DNA from: Candidatus Brocadiia bacterium
GTDB lineage: Bacteria > Planctomycetota > Brocadiia > CAIUPP01
DNA length: 64,000 nt
Assembly: GCA_050015075.1 (NCBI GenBank)
Contig: JBEKCB010000009.1
Span: 1-64,000 of the forward strand
Reading direction: 5' to 3'
Below, piece after piece: positions 28,854-39,105 of this stretch; position 1 is the stretch's first letter, and the number at the start of each line of letters is the position of its first letter. The notes beneath the pieces are model-generated. The model did no database searches, was not told the DNA's origin, and saw nothing but the letters and a program-made list of their open reading frames with translations. A program made the translations under genes and the position numbers.

Positions 28854-28993
28854 GATTGCCGAATGCCGATTGCCGAATTATGACCGCGAAGTGGAAAGGA
28901 ACGGAGAATGGCCGCCGAGGCGCGCGTCAGCGCGCTTTTCACGGGCGAAGCCCGATCCGCTTTCCCATTCGCCAATCGGCAGTCGGCAATCGG
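28854..28993. mobile_element. MITE-like element with ATTGCCG/CGGCAAT heptamer arms, copy A
   Basis: Inverted heptamer arrays around an internal sequence AAGTGGAAAGGAACGG..AATGGCCGC..GGCGCGCG.CAGCGCG shared with 39201-39377. Confidence 0.7.
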
Positions 28994-29052
28994 AATTTGA
29001 CAACACTGTACTCGCACGCTTTACTGGAGTCAATCTCGCGGAGGAGGTGCTT

Positions 29053-29958
29053 ATGACCGCGGACATCGGCGCGTTGCCGAGGCGGTTTCTGCGGCGGCTG
29101 GAGCAGGAGCGGAACTATTCGCCGCACACGCTCCGCGCGTACCGGAAGGACCTGGAGGAGTTCACCGAGTTCCTGGGCCCCGGCGACGGCGGGCTGACGG
29201 CGGTCACGCGCGTGCAACTCCGGAGTTTCCTGGCGCACCTGCACAGCCGGCGGCTGGGCAAGCGGACGATCATGCGCAAGCTGGCCGCGCTGCGCTCGTT
29301 CTACGGCTTCCTCTGCCGCGAAGGCGAGGCGCAGACGAACCCGATGCTCGGCCTGCGCACGCTGAAGCAGGAGAAGCGGCTCCCGAGGGTGCTGAGCGTC
29401 GAGGAGGTCTCGCGCCTCCTGCAGACCGCCTCCGGCGACGACGCCGCGGACCTGCGCGACCGCGCGATTCTGGAGACGCTCTACAGCAGCGGCATCCGCG
29501 TCGGCGAGCTGGTGGCGCTCAAGGTGAGCGACGTGGATTTCTCCGCCGAGGTCGTGACCGTGATGGGCAAGCGCCGCAAGGAGCGCGTCTGCCCGCTCGG
29601 CAGCTACGCGCTCAAGGCGCTCGAAGCCTGGCTGGCGCGGCGCGGCATTTCGCCGGTCCGCGCGCCGCAGTGCGGCGAGCCGCTGTTCCTCAACCTGCGC
29701 GGGACGCGCCTGACCGACCGGAGCGTCGCGCGCATGCTCGCGCAGCGCTTGGCTGAGGCGAACCTCGGCGCGCGCGCCTCGCCGCACACGCTGCGCCATT
29801 CCTTCGCCACGCACCTGCTCGACCGCGGCGCCGACCTGCGCTCAGTCCAGGAACTCCTCGGACACGCCAGCCTCAGCTCGACGCAGATTTATACTCATCT
29901 CTCCGCCGAGCGCCTCAAGCAGGTCTACGACAAGGCGCATCCGCGGGCGAGGAAGTGA
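29053..29958 (+). CDS. xerC: Tyrosine recombinase XerC/XerD
   Basis: YSPHTLRAY, RDRAILETLYSSGIRVGE, GKRRKER, SPHTLRHSFATHLL..GADLRSVQELLGH..TQIYTH. Confidence 0.88.
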   Translation: MTADIGALPRRFLRRLEQERNYSPHTLRAYRKDLEEFTEFLGPGDGGLTAVTRVQLRSFLAHLHSRRLGKRTIMRKLAALRSFYGFLCREGEAQTNPMLGLRTLKQEKRLPRVLSVEEVSRLLQTASGDDAADLRDRAILETLYSSGIRVGELVALKVSDVDFSAEVVTVMGKRRKERVCPLGSYALKALEAWLARRGISPVRAPQCGEPLFLNLRGTRLTDRSVARMLAQRLAEANLGARASPHTLRHSFATHLLDRGADLRSVQELLGHASLSSTQIYTHLSAERLKQVYDKAHPRARK

Positions 29959-29990
29959 ATTCGCAATCGCAGCCGACGGCGACGCGAACC

Positions 29991-30019
29991 TTGACATCGA
30001 AGCCGCACGCTCATACGAT
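29991..30019 (+). promoter_or_regulatory. sigma70 promoter for lipB
   Basis: TTGACA-N17-TACGAT. Confidence 0.6.
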
Positions 30020-30071
30020 TGAATATTGAATTGAAACGGCCGCTCCGCTCCATTCCGGGAGAGCGCTCGAC

Positions 30072-30752
30072 ATGCCGCGCCCGCTGACGGTTTACCAGCT
30101 CGACACGGTCGGGTACGAGGAGGCGCTCTCGCTCCAGAAGCGCGTGATGACCGAGTACGCGGAGAGTTTCGAGGACGCCGGCACGCTCATTCTGCTCGAG
30201 CATCCGCCGGTCCTCACCATCGGCCGAAGCGGCACGGAGAAGAACATCCTCGCGTCCTCGCAGGAGCTTGAACGCAGCGGCGTGCGCGTCATCGAGACCA
30301 ACCGCGGCGGCGACGTGACTTACCACGGACCCGGACAGATCGTCGGCTATCCGATCCTGCCGCTGGCGTTCCACGGCAAGGACGTCCACCGCTACCTGCG
30401 AAGGCTGGAGGCGTTCCTGATCGCCACGCTCTGGGAGTACGGCATCAAGGCGGAGCGCAAGGAGGGCTTCACCGGCGTCTGGACGCCGACCGGGAAAATC
30501 GCCTCGATCGGCGTGGCGATCACGCACTGGGTCAGTTGGCACGGCTTCGCGCTGAACGTGGCGCCGAACCTGGAGCATTTCAAGCTGATTCACCCGTGCG
30601 GGCTGGTCGGGGTCGAGATCACCTCGATGGAAAAAATCCTCGGCCGCGCGCCCAGCCGGCGCGAGGTCGAAAGCCGGCTCATCGCGCACTTCTGCACGGA
30701 GTTCAAATTCGAGGAAGGCCGGACGCTCAGTCGCCTTCCGGCCGTTCCGTAA
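30072..30752 (+). CDS. lipB: Lipoyl(octanoyl) transferase
   Basis: LEHPPVLTIG, RGGDVTYHGPGQ, KIASIG, HGFALN, PCG. Confidence 0.95.
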   Translation: MPRPLTVYQLDTVGYEEALSLQKRVMTEYAESFEDAGTLILLEHPPVLTIGRSGTEKNILASSQELERSGVRVIETNRGGDVTYHGPGQIVGYPILPLAFHGKDVHRYLRRLEAFLIATLWEYGIKAERKEGFTGVWTPTGKIASIGVAITHWVSWHGFALNVAPNLEHFKLIHPCGLVGVEITSMEKILGRAPSRREVESRLIAHFCTEFKFEEGRTLSRLPAVP

Positions 30753-30785
30753 GCCGCAGCGGATGCCGTCGGATGAGAGGAAGAC

Positions 30786-31658
30786 GTGGAGAAGACGAAA
30801 TTTCCGCCCTGGATCAAGAAGCGCATTCCCGCCGGCGGCGCGGGCGAACGCGTTCGCGAACTGCTGAGCCGGCTCCAGCTCGCCACGGTCTGCCAGAGCG
30901 CGCACTGTCCGAACCAGTGCGAGTGCTTCGCGCGCGGGACCGCCACGTTCATGATCCTCGGCACCGCCTGCACGCGCAACTGCGGCTTCTGCGCGGTGGC
31001 GCACGGCGCGTGCCCGCCGCCCGATTCGTCCGAACCGGCGCGCGTGGCCGAGGCCGCCGCGGCGCTGGCGCTCACCTACGTGGTCGTCACCTCCGTCACG
31101 CGCGACGATCTCCCGGACGGCGGCGCGGAGCAGTTCCGGCGGACCATCCTGGCCCTGGCCGAAAAACCGTCTTGCCGCGTCGAAGTGCTGACGCCGGATT
31201 TCCAGGGAGACCGCGCCGCCATCGAGCGCGTCGCCTCTGCGCATCCGCACGTGTACAATCACAACGTCGAGACCGCCCCGCGGCTGTACGCCGAGGTCCG
31301 GCCGCAAGCCGACTACCGGCGCTCGCTGGCGTTGCTGCGGCAGGTCAAGGACCGCCACCCGGAACTGCGCACCAAGAGCGGGCTGATGGTCGGCCTCGGC
31401 GAGACGCCGGGCGAAGTCCTCGCCGTCCTCGCCGACCTGCGAGAGGCCCGCTGCGAGATGGTCACCATCGGCCAATACCTCCAGCCGTCGCCGCGGAACC
31501 TGCCCGTCCGCGAGTTCGTCACGCCCGAGCAGTTCGTCCTTTACGAGGTCCAGGCGCGCGCGATGGGTTTCGCGGCGGTCGCTTCCGGGCCGTTCGTCCG
31601 AAGCTCCTGGCATGCCGACGCGATGTGCGCCTCAAATATTTCCGCCGGAGATGCTTGA
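30786..31658 (+). CDS. lipA: Lipoyl synthase
   Basis: [46 protein letters not shown]. Confidence 0.95.
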   Translation: MEKTKFPPWIKKRIPAGGAGERVRELLSRLQLATVCQSAHCPNQCECFARGTATFMILGTACTRNCGFCAVAHGACPPPDSSEPARVAEAAAALALTYVVVTSVTRDDLPDGGAEQFRRTILALAEKPSCRVEVLTPDFQGDRAAIERVASAHPHVYNHNVETAPRLYAEVRPQADYRRSLALLRQVKDRHPELRTKSGLMVGLGETPGEVLAVLADLREARCEMVTIGQYLQPSPRNLPVREFVTPEQFVLYEVQARAMGFAAVASGPFVRSSWHADAMCASNISAGDA

Positions 31659-31731
31659 CAAGCGGGCGCGAACTGTTTTTCATAATCACGGAAACATGGC
31701 GCAGCCCGCTTTTCGTTGGGGGACGGGTGAC

Positions 31732-32013
31732 ATGAACATCGAGGTCGAATTGCCGGACCTGGGCAACTTTGCCGGCGACCACGCCACCGTCGTGGAGTGG
31801 CATTTCGAAGAGGGCGAGTCCGTCGAGCAGGGCGAAATCCTGATGGAGGTCGCCTGCGAGGCCGGCGTGATCGAAGTGCCCGCCCCGCGCGCCGGCGTGC
31901 TGATCGAACGGGTCGTGGAAGAGGACGAGATCGTCCGGGTCGGCGAACCGGTCGCGCTCATGGAGTGCAGCGACGAGGACGAAGCCGTCGAGGAAGACGA
32001 AGAAGAAGAGTGA
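31732..32013 (+). CDS. Stand-alone lipoyl-domain-like protein lacking the attachment lysine
   Basis: LPDLG..ATVVEW..EGESV..GE.L.EV..IEVPAP.AGVL..VRVGEP; ACEA replaces ETDK. Confidence 0.8.
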   Translation: MNIEVELPDLGNFAGDHATVVEWHFEEGESVEQGEILMEVACEAGVIEVPAPRAGVLIERVVEEDEIVRVGEPVALMECSDEDEAVEEDEEEE

Positions 32014-32038
32014 GCCGCCGTCCCTGACGTTCGGCAAC

Positions 32039-33046
32039 GTGCTCGGACAGGAGCGGGCCAAGCTGCTCCTGGCCGCGGCGTTCGCGCCGGAGCGGCTGGG
32101 GCATGCCTACCTGTTCACCGGCCCCGACGGGGTCGGCAAAACGCTCCTCGCGCAGGAGGCCGCGCAGGCGCTGCTCTGCCGCGGCGACGGCGCGCGCCCT
32201 TGCGGGGCCTGCCAGGACTGCCGGCTCTTCGCCCATGACTCGCACCCCGACTTCCTGCTCCTCGAACCCGAAGGCGACAGCCGCGTCATCAAGATCGATA
32301 AGATCCGCGACCTCATCCACACGCTCAGCCTGATGCCCGTCCAGGGCGACCGCCGCGTGGCGATCATCCGCGAGGCCGACGCGCTTCAGGAGCCGGCGGC
32401 CAACGCGCTGCTCAAGACCCTCGAGGAGCCGCCGGCCTCCGCGCTGCTGATCCTCACCTCGTCGCGGCCGCGCGCCCTGCTGCCGACGCTGCGCTCGCGC
32501 TGCCAGGAAATCCGCTTCGAGCCGCTCTCCGCCGAGCACCTGCGCGCCATCCTCGACGACCGGCCCGGGCTCGACGAGGAGGACGTCGCCGCCGCCGTGC
32601 GCCTGGCCGGCGGCTCCGCGGACCGCGCGCTCCAGCTCATCGAATCCGGTTGCCTGGAAATCCGCAGGAAGACGCTCGCCCGCATCCTGGCGCTGCCGGC
32701 GGAGGACGTGTTCGATCTTGCCGACGACGTGCTCGACTGGGCCAGGGCGGCCGCGAAGCAACTCGAGCCGCAGCGCGAGCGCCTCCGCGCATTTCTCTAC
32801 ATGCTCGAAAGCACCTATCGCGACATCATGGTCCGCGCGGTGTGCGACGGCAAAGAGGGCCCGCAGCAACCCGCCCTGAGCGAAGTCGAAGGGCCCGACG
32901 CCGCGCAGCGGCTGCCGCCCCGGCGGCTGCTGGGCATCCACGAAGCGGTTTGCGACGCGCGCCGCCAGATTGACGCGAACGCCACGATTGATTTCGTCCT
33001 GCAGGACCTCTTCGAGCGAATCGCCCGCCTGCAGCAAGCCACCTGA
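32039..33046 (+). CDS. holB: DNA polymerase III subunit delta'
   Basis: HAYLFTGPDGVGKT, CGACQDC, HPDF, ANALLKTLEEPP, TLRSRC; true start may be CTG at 32024. Confidence 0.92.
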   Translation: MLGQERAKLLLAAAFAPERLGHAYLFTGPDGVGKTLLAQEAAQALLCRGDGARPCGACQDCRLFAHDSHPDFLLLEPEGDSRVIKIDKIRDLIHTLSLMPVQGDRRVAIIREADALQEPAANALLKTLEEPPASALLILTSSRPRALLPTLRSRCQEIRFEPLSAEHLRAILDDRPGLDEEDVAAAVRLAGGSADRALQLIESGCLEIRRKTLARILALPAEDVFDLADDVLDWARAAAKQLEPQRERLRAFLYMLESTYRDIMVRAVCDGKEGPQQPALSEVEGPDAAQRLPPRRLLGIHEAVCDARRQIDANATIDFVLQDLFERIARLQQAT

Positions 33047-33129
33047 GTTTTTGATCTCGGCTTAAGGAGAAATAGGGCTTCTTGCCTCGTAGCGCGAGCC
33101 TGTCTTCTCCTGCCTTCGGTCTCCCGTTT

Positions 33130-34587
33130 TCACTTCGCCCCGCCCACGAAGGTCACGTCGGACACGTGCGGGCGGATCTCCAAGTGCACTTCCTCCGCGT
33201 TATTGCATCGCCGGCCGTTCACGCGCACGTTCTCGATCGTGACGCCCTTCACGTCGTGCTCGGCGTCCAGCCCCTGGAAACGCGACGGGAGGAAAAGTTT
33301 GCTCGTGACGGTGATGTCCTTGAAGACCACATTCCGCACCACGCCGTGATTCGGGTCGGCCGACCAGGAGTTCGGCTCGATGACGATATACATGAGATAC
33401 GGCCGGTAGTCGTCCTTCGGATCGGTCACGTACTTCTCGTCGCGGGTCTTCTGAATGACCGGCCGCAAGTTGACGTCGTCGGCCTCCACGCGGATGTTCT
33501 CGAAGCGGATGTCGTGCACGTTGGCCCGGTGGCCGTGCTGGATATCCATGGCGATGTAGTCGGTCCGGATGATGTCGCAGTCGCGGAAAACCACGTCGGT
33601 GATCTCCGGCGTACTGGTCTCCGCGCCGATTTCCAGCGCGCGGCCCCAGTCGTTCCAGATCACGCACCGCTCGACCAGGATCCCGCGCACCGGCCGGTCA
33701 ACGAATGAAACGGCCGATTTGCCTCCGCCGCCGCCCATCAAGCCCTTCAGCACGATGCAGTCGTCGAAGGCCCGCACAAAGCAATCGTGGACGTGAATAT
33801 CCTGGCTGTTGCAGAGATCAATCCCGTCCGAATTATACCGCCACAAGCCGACGCACTTGACGTTGCTGATCTCCGCATTGTGGCAGCCGAGGAGCGTGCA
33901 GCACCAGACGTCGGGGTCGCGCAGCACCGGGCCGTCAATCCTGATGTCCGAGCAGTCCCTCAACCGGATCGCGCCGCCGCCCTTGCCGCGCTCGGACTCG
34001 CTGACATCCACGATGCCCCGGCCCAGGATCCGAATGTTGCTGGCCTTCTGCGCCGAAATGCTGCCATACACAACCGCGCCGGCCGCCACGTAAATGGTCT
34101 GGTTGCTCTCCAGGACGATCTTCCCCGGATGATGCACGCCCGGGCCGAAATACTTAACGTTCGGATCGTCAGCCCGCGGCGCCGCCTGTTCGGGCGGATT
34201 GATGAACAGGTGCAGCGCGTTGTGCCACCCGTCCACTTCCACCGTGAGCTGCCCTGGGCCTGAAACGTCGAAGCTGATCTTCCGGCCTTTGACCGACGGC
34301 GTTATTTTTCTGGACAACGGCCGGACCACCACGGACTTTATTTCCCGTTGCGCCGTGACCTGCACGGAGACGGGGCCTGCCGCCTCGCAATAAGCGAAGC
34401 CCGCCAGCTCGGTCTGGTCCATCGGCCGTTGATACCCCGGCCAGACCTGGTCCAACGGCACCGCCGAAACCCGGCAGCAATACACCGGTACCGCGACGCC
34501 GCCGACGACAACCGAGTAGTCCTCCGACAAAGCCTCGCCCGCCGGCGCCGGCTGCACTGAGACCTTCGCTTCCTTCGACTTGCTCAT
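33130..34587 (-). CDS. Beta-helix glycoside hydrolase (GH28-like / pectin-lyase fold)
   Basis: KYFGPGVH, IRILGRG, NSDGID, AFDDCIVLK, WNDWGRALEIG; ORF is open upstream to 34749. Confidence 0.8.
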   Translation of the reverse strand: MSKSKEAKVSVQPAPAGEALSEDYSVVVGGVAVPVYCCRVSAVPLDQVWPGYQRPMDQTELAGFAYCEAAGPVSVQVTAQREIKSVVVRPLSRKITPSVKGRKISFDVSGPGQLTVEVDGWHNALHLFINPPEQAAPRADDPNVKYFGPGVHHPGKIVLESNQTIYVAAGAVVYGSISAQKASNIRILGRGIVDVSESERGKGGGAIRLRDCSDIRIDGPVLRDPDVWCCTLLGCHNAEISNVKCVGLWRYNSDGIDLCNSQDIHVHDCFVRAFDDCIVLKGLMGGGGGKSAVSFVDRPVRGILVERCVIWNDWGRALEIGAETSTPEITDVVFRDCDIIRTDYIAMDIQHGHRANVHDIRFENIRVEADDVNLRPVIQKTRDEKYVTDPKDDYRPYLMYIVIEPNSWSADPNHGVVRNVVFKDITVTSKLFLPSRFQGLDAEHDVKGVTIENVRVNGRRCNNAEEVHLEIRPHVSDVTFVGGAK

Positions 34588-34835
34588 AATCCCAACCTCA
34601 TTTCCAGTGTCGCCTGAACTCTGGGAACCATACAGGCCATTGTGGTGCGAATACATGAGATTAGCTGCACCTACAATCGCAGCCGCAGCACAACATTTGA
34701 TCAGATACTTCCGCACAGTCGGTCTTGCTGGCAGACTTTTCCAACTCATGACAAGCTGACCTCTATATTCTTCAATGGAGTTCAGAGGATAGCGCGGACA
34801 AGTGAGCCTAACCCTTTAAATACCCAGAATCCCAA

Positions 34836-35366
34836 TTAGAAGTTATCCCTGCCGGCGTTTATCACTAAAATAGTCGCATCACCATTCCGTACGTCGATCA
34901 CGCCGATCTTCTCTAAAACGGTCACCTTCATCGGCAGCAATTTCTGCAAAAACGTGACCAAGCACAAGTTCCATTCAGTTCGATATTCTCTGTAACAGTA
35001 TAACTGCATCCCATTAACCCCCGAATATGGGTAAGCAGCAACGAAAATGTATTTGTTACCGTTGCTGGTTACTGGAATAAACTCGGTATATAGCACATGC
35101 CTTTCAAAAGCTGCTACCAACTCCTTGGCATTGCCAAAATGCGATTTATCTTCAAATGTCCATTTGCGAACCGTTTTATCAACGGCATCGGGATTCTCTA
35201 CGTGGACAGTCTCCCCTTTCTCGAGACGCTCATACGGCTTCTCATCCGCAGCGCCGCGGGAACTGCCTCCAAAAGCGAACGCCACGAGAAAGGCAATGAC
35301 TGGCATCATAATTAACTTCCTACACATAGGCCACCTCAATTCTTGTCGGAGTTCCTGGGACATCAT
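34836..35366 (-). CDS. AT-rich hypothetical exported protein
   Basis: 176 aa with a signal-peptide-like segment (PVIAFLVAFAFGG); foreign composition. Confidence 0.55.
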   Translation of the reverse strand: MMSQELRQELRWPMCRKLIMMPVIAFLVAFAFGGSSRGAADEKPYERLEKGETVHVENPDAVDKTVRKWTFEDKSHFGNAKELVAAFERHVLYTEFIPVTSNGNKYIFVAAYPYSGVNGMQLYCYREYRTEWNLCLVTFLQKLLPMKVTVLEKIGVIDVRNGDATILVINAGRDNF

Positions 35367-35416
35367 ACTTAATGGCTATTTCCCAATTAATGTAAAAACA
35401 GCATGGAATTTCTCGC

Positions 35417-36517
35417 CTATCCGTGCCGCAAAGGCAGAAGTCTCGGAACGTTCCGCCGCAGCTCCTCGGTCGCCTGCATCCAACGTTCGACATGGAACTG
35501 CCAGGACCGCATAGGCCTGAATTCGCACCGCTGAAAATCTTCGCCGTTCAAAGTCGGCTTCGTGCGCAGTCCGAACTTACCCTCGGTCAACGCGTCCAAA
35601 CAGTACCATGCGGTGCTGATGAGCCAGGGACGCACAGTGTCCTTTGTCGCGCGGATGAGAGCATGAGAATCCACGTTCCCCTCGCCTCTATCCAGAACCT
35701 TATGTCCCTGCTCACCGAAGCCGATGAGTGCCGTTTTCAGCCAACTCTCGCCCTTCCACCGGACGTACCACTCTTTCCATGCGTCCGCCACCTTTCGGCA
35801 ATGGGAAATGCGCCCGATCATAAGCGGAAAGTCCGCTTTCAATGCTTCGCCTTCGACGAGGAGATACCAGCCCGTATGGTCGCCGAGCGCGCTTCTCAAT
35901 GTGTAGAAGGCGTCGTCGTACTCGGAAGAGATTCGGTCCTGAAGGTCGGCGATGTAGTCAAGACCGTTGATCAGCGGTTCTACGGCGTACATCCCGGGCG
36001 CGGCACGCGAGAGGCCGTTGAGGACTTGCTGAAGCGTTCCTGACGCGCCCAGTTCGCTCAGCCGGTTCGGCGATGAAAGAACATCGGGTTCGAGGAGTTC
36101 TGCCGCGTATTCGGGCCCGAAAGAATCGTCCGCTATCGAAGATACGATGGCACAACTCTCGCTCCTGCGCTTGTAGGACTTGCGGTCCGCCGGCCGCGTC
36201 TTGCGAAAGATGCGCATAAGCTCGGCCGCAACCTTCGGGGCTTGGAGTAATATCGTCCGATAGCCGCGCGACTGGGAAATATCGTACCGGTTTTCGACCG
36301 AAACTTTCTCTCCAAGCGCGCTTTCATACTCTTCCCAGGTTACTCGGTGATGCGGGCCTTGGGTACAGACCCTTCTTGGTCCGCCGTCCTTGGAGATAGA
36401 TACTGACCGTCTTTCGTCCGCATCAAAAGGAAATGGTTGCGGCTCTCCGATGTAATCGCCCGCTTGCCCGATGGCGTCCAGAAGCTGAACGAGCGTCGCT
36501 TGTTCATCCACAGCCAT
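35417..36517 (-). CDS. Hypothetical protein in a lower-GC islet
   Basis: Long ORF (open upstream to 36706) with no recognisable motif; start uncertain. Confidence 0.55.
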   Translation of the reverse strand: MAVDEQATLVQLLDAIGQAGDYIGEPQPFPFDADERRSVSISKDGGPRRVCTQGPHHRVTWEEYESALGEKVSVENRYDISQSRGYRTILLQAPKVAAELMRIFRKTRPADRKSYKRRSESCAIVSSIADDSFGPEYAAELLEPDVLSSPNRLSELGASGTLQQVLNGLSRAAPGMYAVEPLINGLDYIADLQDRISSEYDDAFYTLRSALGDHTGWYLLVEGEALKADFPLMIGRISHCRKVADAWKEWYVRWKGESWLKTALIGFGEQGHKVLDRGEGNVDSHALIRATKDTVRPWLISTAWYCLDALTEGKFGLRTKPTLNGEDFQRCEFRPMRSWQFHVERWMQATEELRRNVPRLLPLRHG

Positions 36518-36745
36518 CGCTTTGCCCTTCGCTAACGCTGCGGCACGAAGAAAACGTGCACGGACGAGTTCCGGCAGGAGTTCCGGGGATACCAGACCGC
36601 AACGACAGGAAGTGAGCCGTTCTATACTCCCTCGTCCTTCCCTTTGCCTCGCCTGCCGCACAATATACGCCTCGGCTCGGCGCTGCGTCAAGGCGTTTCC
36701 GGACATCAGCGCCGGAGGATGCGGCTTCCCCGCGGAAAATTTCCT

Positions 36746-36827
36746 AACCGCCGATGAACGCAGATGAACGCCGATAAGAAACTCAAACGCAATTCGTATC
36801 TGCGTTCATCGGCGTCCATCGGCGGTT
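36746..36827. repeat. 9-mer-armed palindrome (ACGCAGATG units)
   Basis: aaccgccgatgaacgcagatgaacgccgat ... atctgcgttcatcggcgtccatcggcggtt. Confidence 0.8.
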
Positions 36828-36876
36828 CAACCACTTATTGGATATTGGAAATTCGGATTTGGAAATTGACGCTGCG

Positions 36877-39105
36877 CTACAGCAGCGACACCGGGTCCAC
36901 GTCCACGGTCAGTTCAACGCCTTCGGCGCGGCGGCGGTCTACGCCGCGGAGGGCATCGCGGAGCGCTTCGGGATCGGGGGCCTTGATGAGCGCGTGCCAG
37001 CGGAACAGGTTGTTGATGCGCCGGATGGGCGCTTCCGCCGGACCGACTACGCTGACCGTTTTGGCCGTCACTCGCGCCCGAAGCGCGGCGACGGCTTCCG
37101 TGCAACGCTTCTGCGTCTGGCCGGCGTCGCGGCCCCTGTAGATCAGCCGCGCGAGGCGCGTGTACGGCGGATAGCCGTACCGCTTGCGTTCCTCCAGCTC
37201 TCGCCGGGCGAACGCCTCGTAGTCGTGTTTCGCCGCGTCGCGGATGCAGGACTGGTCCGGCTCGAAAGTCTGCACGATGACGCGCCCGCCTTTCGGCCCG
37301 CGGCCCGTCCGGCCGGCGACCTGCGCCAGGAATTGAAAGGTCCGCTCGCTGGCGCGGAAGTCCGGCATGTGGATGCTCGTGTCCGCGTTGATCACGCCGA
37401 CCAGCGTCACGTTGGGGAAGTCCAGCCCTTTCACGACCATCTGCGTGCCGAGGAGGATGCGGGATTTCCCGGCGCGGAACGCCTCCAGCACGTTCCCGTG
37501 GCTTCCCCGGGTCTTCATGGAATCGGTGTCCATCCGCGCGACGCTGCCGGCGCCGAAGAGCCGCTGGACTTCCTGCTCGACGCGCTCCGTGCCGGAGCCG
37601 TGGAGCAGCTTGATTCCATGTAGCCCGCAGCTTGGGCATGCCGCCGGCGGCTGCGTCTTGTAGGCGCAGTAGTGGCAGCGGGCGGTGTCGCTCTCGCGGT
37701 GGTAGATCAGGCTCACGTCGCAGTTCGCGCAGCGCAGCACGAACCCGCAGCGCGGGCAACTGATGTACGTGTTGAAGCCGCGGCGGTTGAGGAAGAGGAT
37801 CACCTGCTCGCCCTTCCCGAGCGCGGTTTCCATCGCCAGGCGGAGCCGCCGCGAGAGCAGCGGCGGCAGCCCCTTCTTGCTCAGCTCGGTCGCCAGGTCG
37901 TGAATCTCGACCGGCGGCAGCGGCCGTCCCTCGACGCGGCGCGGGAGCGTGAGCAATTCGTACTTCCCCGAGCGCGCGTTGTAGAGGCTTTCGAGCGACG
38001 GCGTGGCGGAGCCGAGGATGACGAGGGCGTTCTCTTGGCGCGCGCGCCAGATGCCGACGTCGCGTGCGTTGTAGCGCGGGGCGTTCGGCTGCTTGAAGGA
38101 AGGATCGTGCTCCTCGTCCACGACGAGCAGGCCGAGTTTCGGCACTGGCGCGAAGACGGCGGAGCGCGTGCCGACGACGACGTCGGCCCGGCCTTCGTGG
38201 ATCGCCGTCCACTGCTCGCGCCGCTCGGAATCGGTGATGTCGCTGTGCAGCACGCGGACGCGGTCGAACCGCGCGCGGAACCGCGCCACCGTCTGCGGCG
38301 TGAGGGCGATCTCCGGCACGAGGACGATGCCCTGCCGGCCCGAGGCGACGCAGAGGCTCAGCGCCCGCAGATAGACTTCCGTCTTGCCGCTGCCGGTAAC
38401 GCCGTGGAGCAGCGCCACGTGGAACCGCCCGCGCCCGAACGCCGCCTGGATGCGGTCGAGCGCCGCCTGCTGCTCGGGTGTCGGCACCGGCGGCTCGGTG
38501 CGCTCGACGGGAGAATCGAGGAGCGGATCGCTCGCGGCCCTTTTCACCAGGGTCAGGAAGCCGGCCTCGCCGAGCTTCGCGATGACGCTCGCGGCGGCCG
38601 CGGCGAGGCGGGCCAGTTCGCCGGCGGCGATTTCGCCCTGAATCCCTGCCAGCGCGCGGAGCATGCGCGCCTGCCGCGGCGAGCGCTTCTCGATCTGCGC
38701 GGCGTGCGCGAGCAGTTCGTCCGCAGGGCGCGCGGCGGAAACCCACTGGACCGTCCGCGCGACGGCGCCTGTCTTGATGACCGAGGGCAGGACGGCATCG
38801 AGCGTCTTGCCCCAGGAACAGCAGTAATATCGGGCCATCCACTCCGTCAGGTCGCGCATGTGCTCATCGAGGAACGCGCGCTGGTCCAGCACCCCGAGAA
38901 TGTCCCTGACGCGCGCGAAATGGATGCCGGGATCGGCCGAGAACTTGATGCACGTCCCGGTCATCTCGCGCCGGCCGAACGGCACGCGCACCCGCGCGCC
39001 GACCGCGACCGCCCCACGCAGCGCCTCCGGCACCCGGTAATGGAACAGTTTGTCCATGGGCACATTCAACGCCACCGCCGCATAGAGAGGAGGTGCGTCC
39101 GCCAT
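36877..39105 (-). CDS. priA: Primosomal protein N'
   Basis: VRVPFG, GVTGSGKTEVY, LVPEIALTPQ, DEEHD, GSATPS, NRRGF, four CxxC motifs, KGLDF, QVAGRTGR. Confidence 0.96.
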   Translation of the reverse strand: MADAPPLYAAVALNVPMDKLFHYRVPEALRGAVAVGARVRVPFGRREMTGTCIKFSADPGIHFARVRDILGVLDQRAFLDEHMRDLTEWMARYYCCSWGKTLDAVLPSVIKTGAVARTVQWVSAARPADELLAHAAQIEKRSPRQARMLRALAGIQGEIAAGELARLAAAAASVIAKLGEAGFLTLVKRAASDPLLDSPVERTEPPVPTPEQQAALDRIQAAFGRGRFHVALLHGVTGSGKTEVYLRALSLCVASGRQGIVLVPEIALTPQTVARFRARFDRVRVLHSDITDSERREQWTAIHEGRADVVVGTRSAVFAPVPKLGLLVVDEEHDPSFKQPNAPRYNARDVGIWRARQENALVILGSATPSLESLYNARSGKYELLTLPRRVEGRPLPPVEIHDLATELSKKGLPPLLSRRLRLAMETALGKGEQVILFLNRRGFNTYISCPRCGFVLRCANCDVSLIYHRESDTARCHYCAYKTQPPAACPSCGLHGIKLLHGSGTERVEQEVQRLFGAGSVARMDTDSMKTRGSHGNVLEAFRAGKSRILLGTQMVVKGLDFPNVTLVGVINADTSIHMPDFRASERTFQFLAQVAGRTGRGPKGGRVIVQTFEPDQSCIRDAAKHDYEAFARRELEERKRYGYPPYTRLARLIYRGRDAGQTQKRCTEAVAALRARVTAKTVSVVGPAEAPIRRINNLFRWHALIKAPDPEALRDALRGVDRRRAEGVELTVDVDPVSLL

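Noticed and set aside
29053-29958. Tyrosine recombinase as an island or integron integrase
   Set aside because: Canonical XerC/D size and motifs, no IntI-specific insertion, housekeeping context and host-like composition
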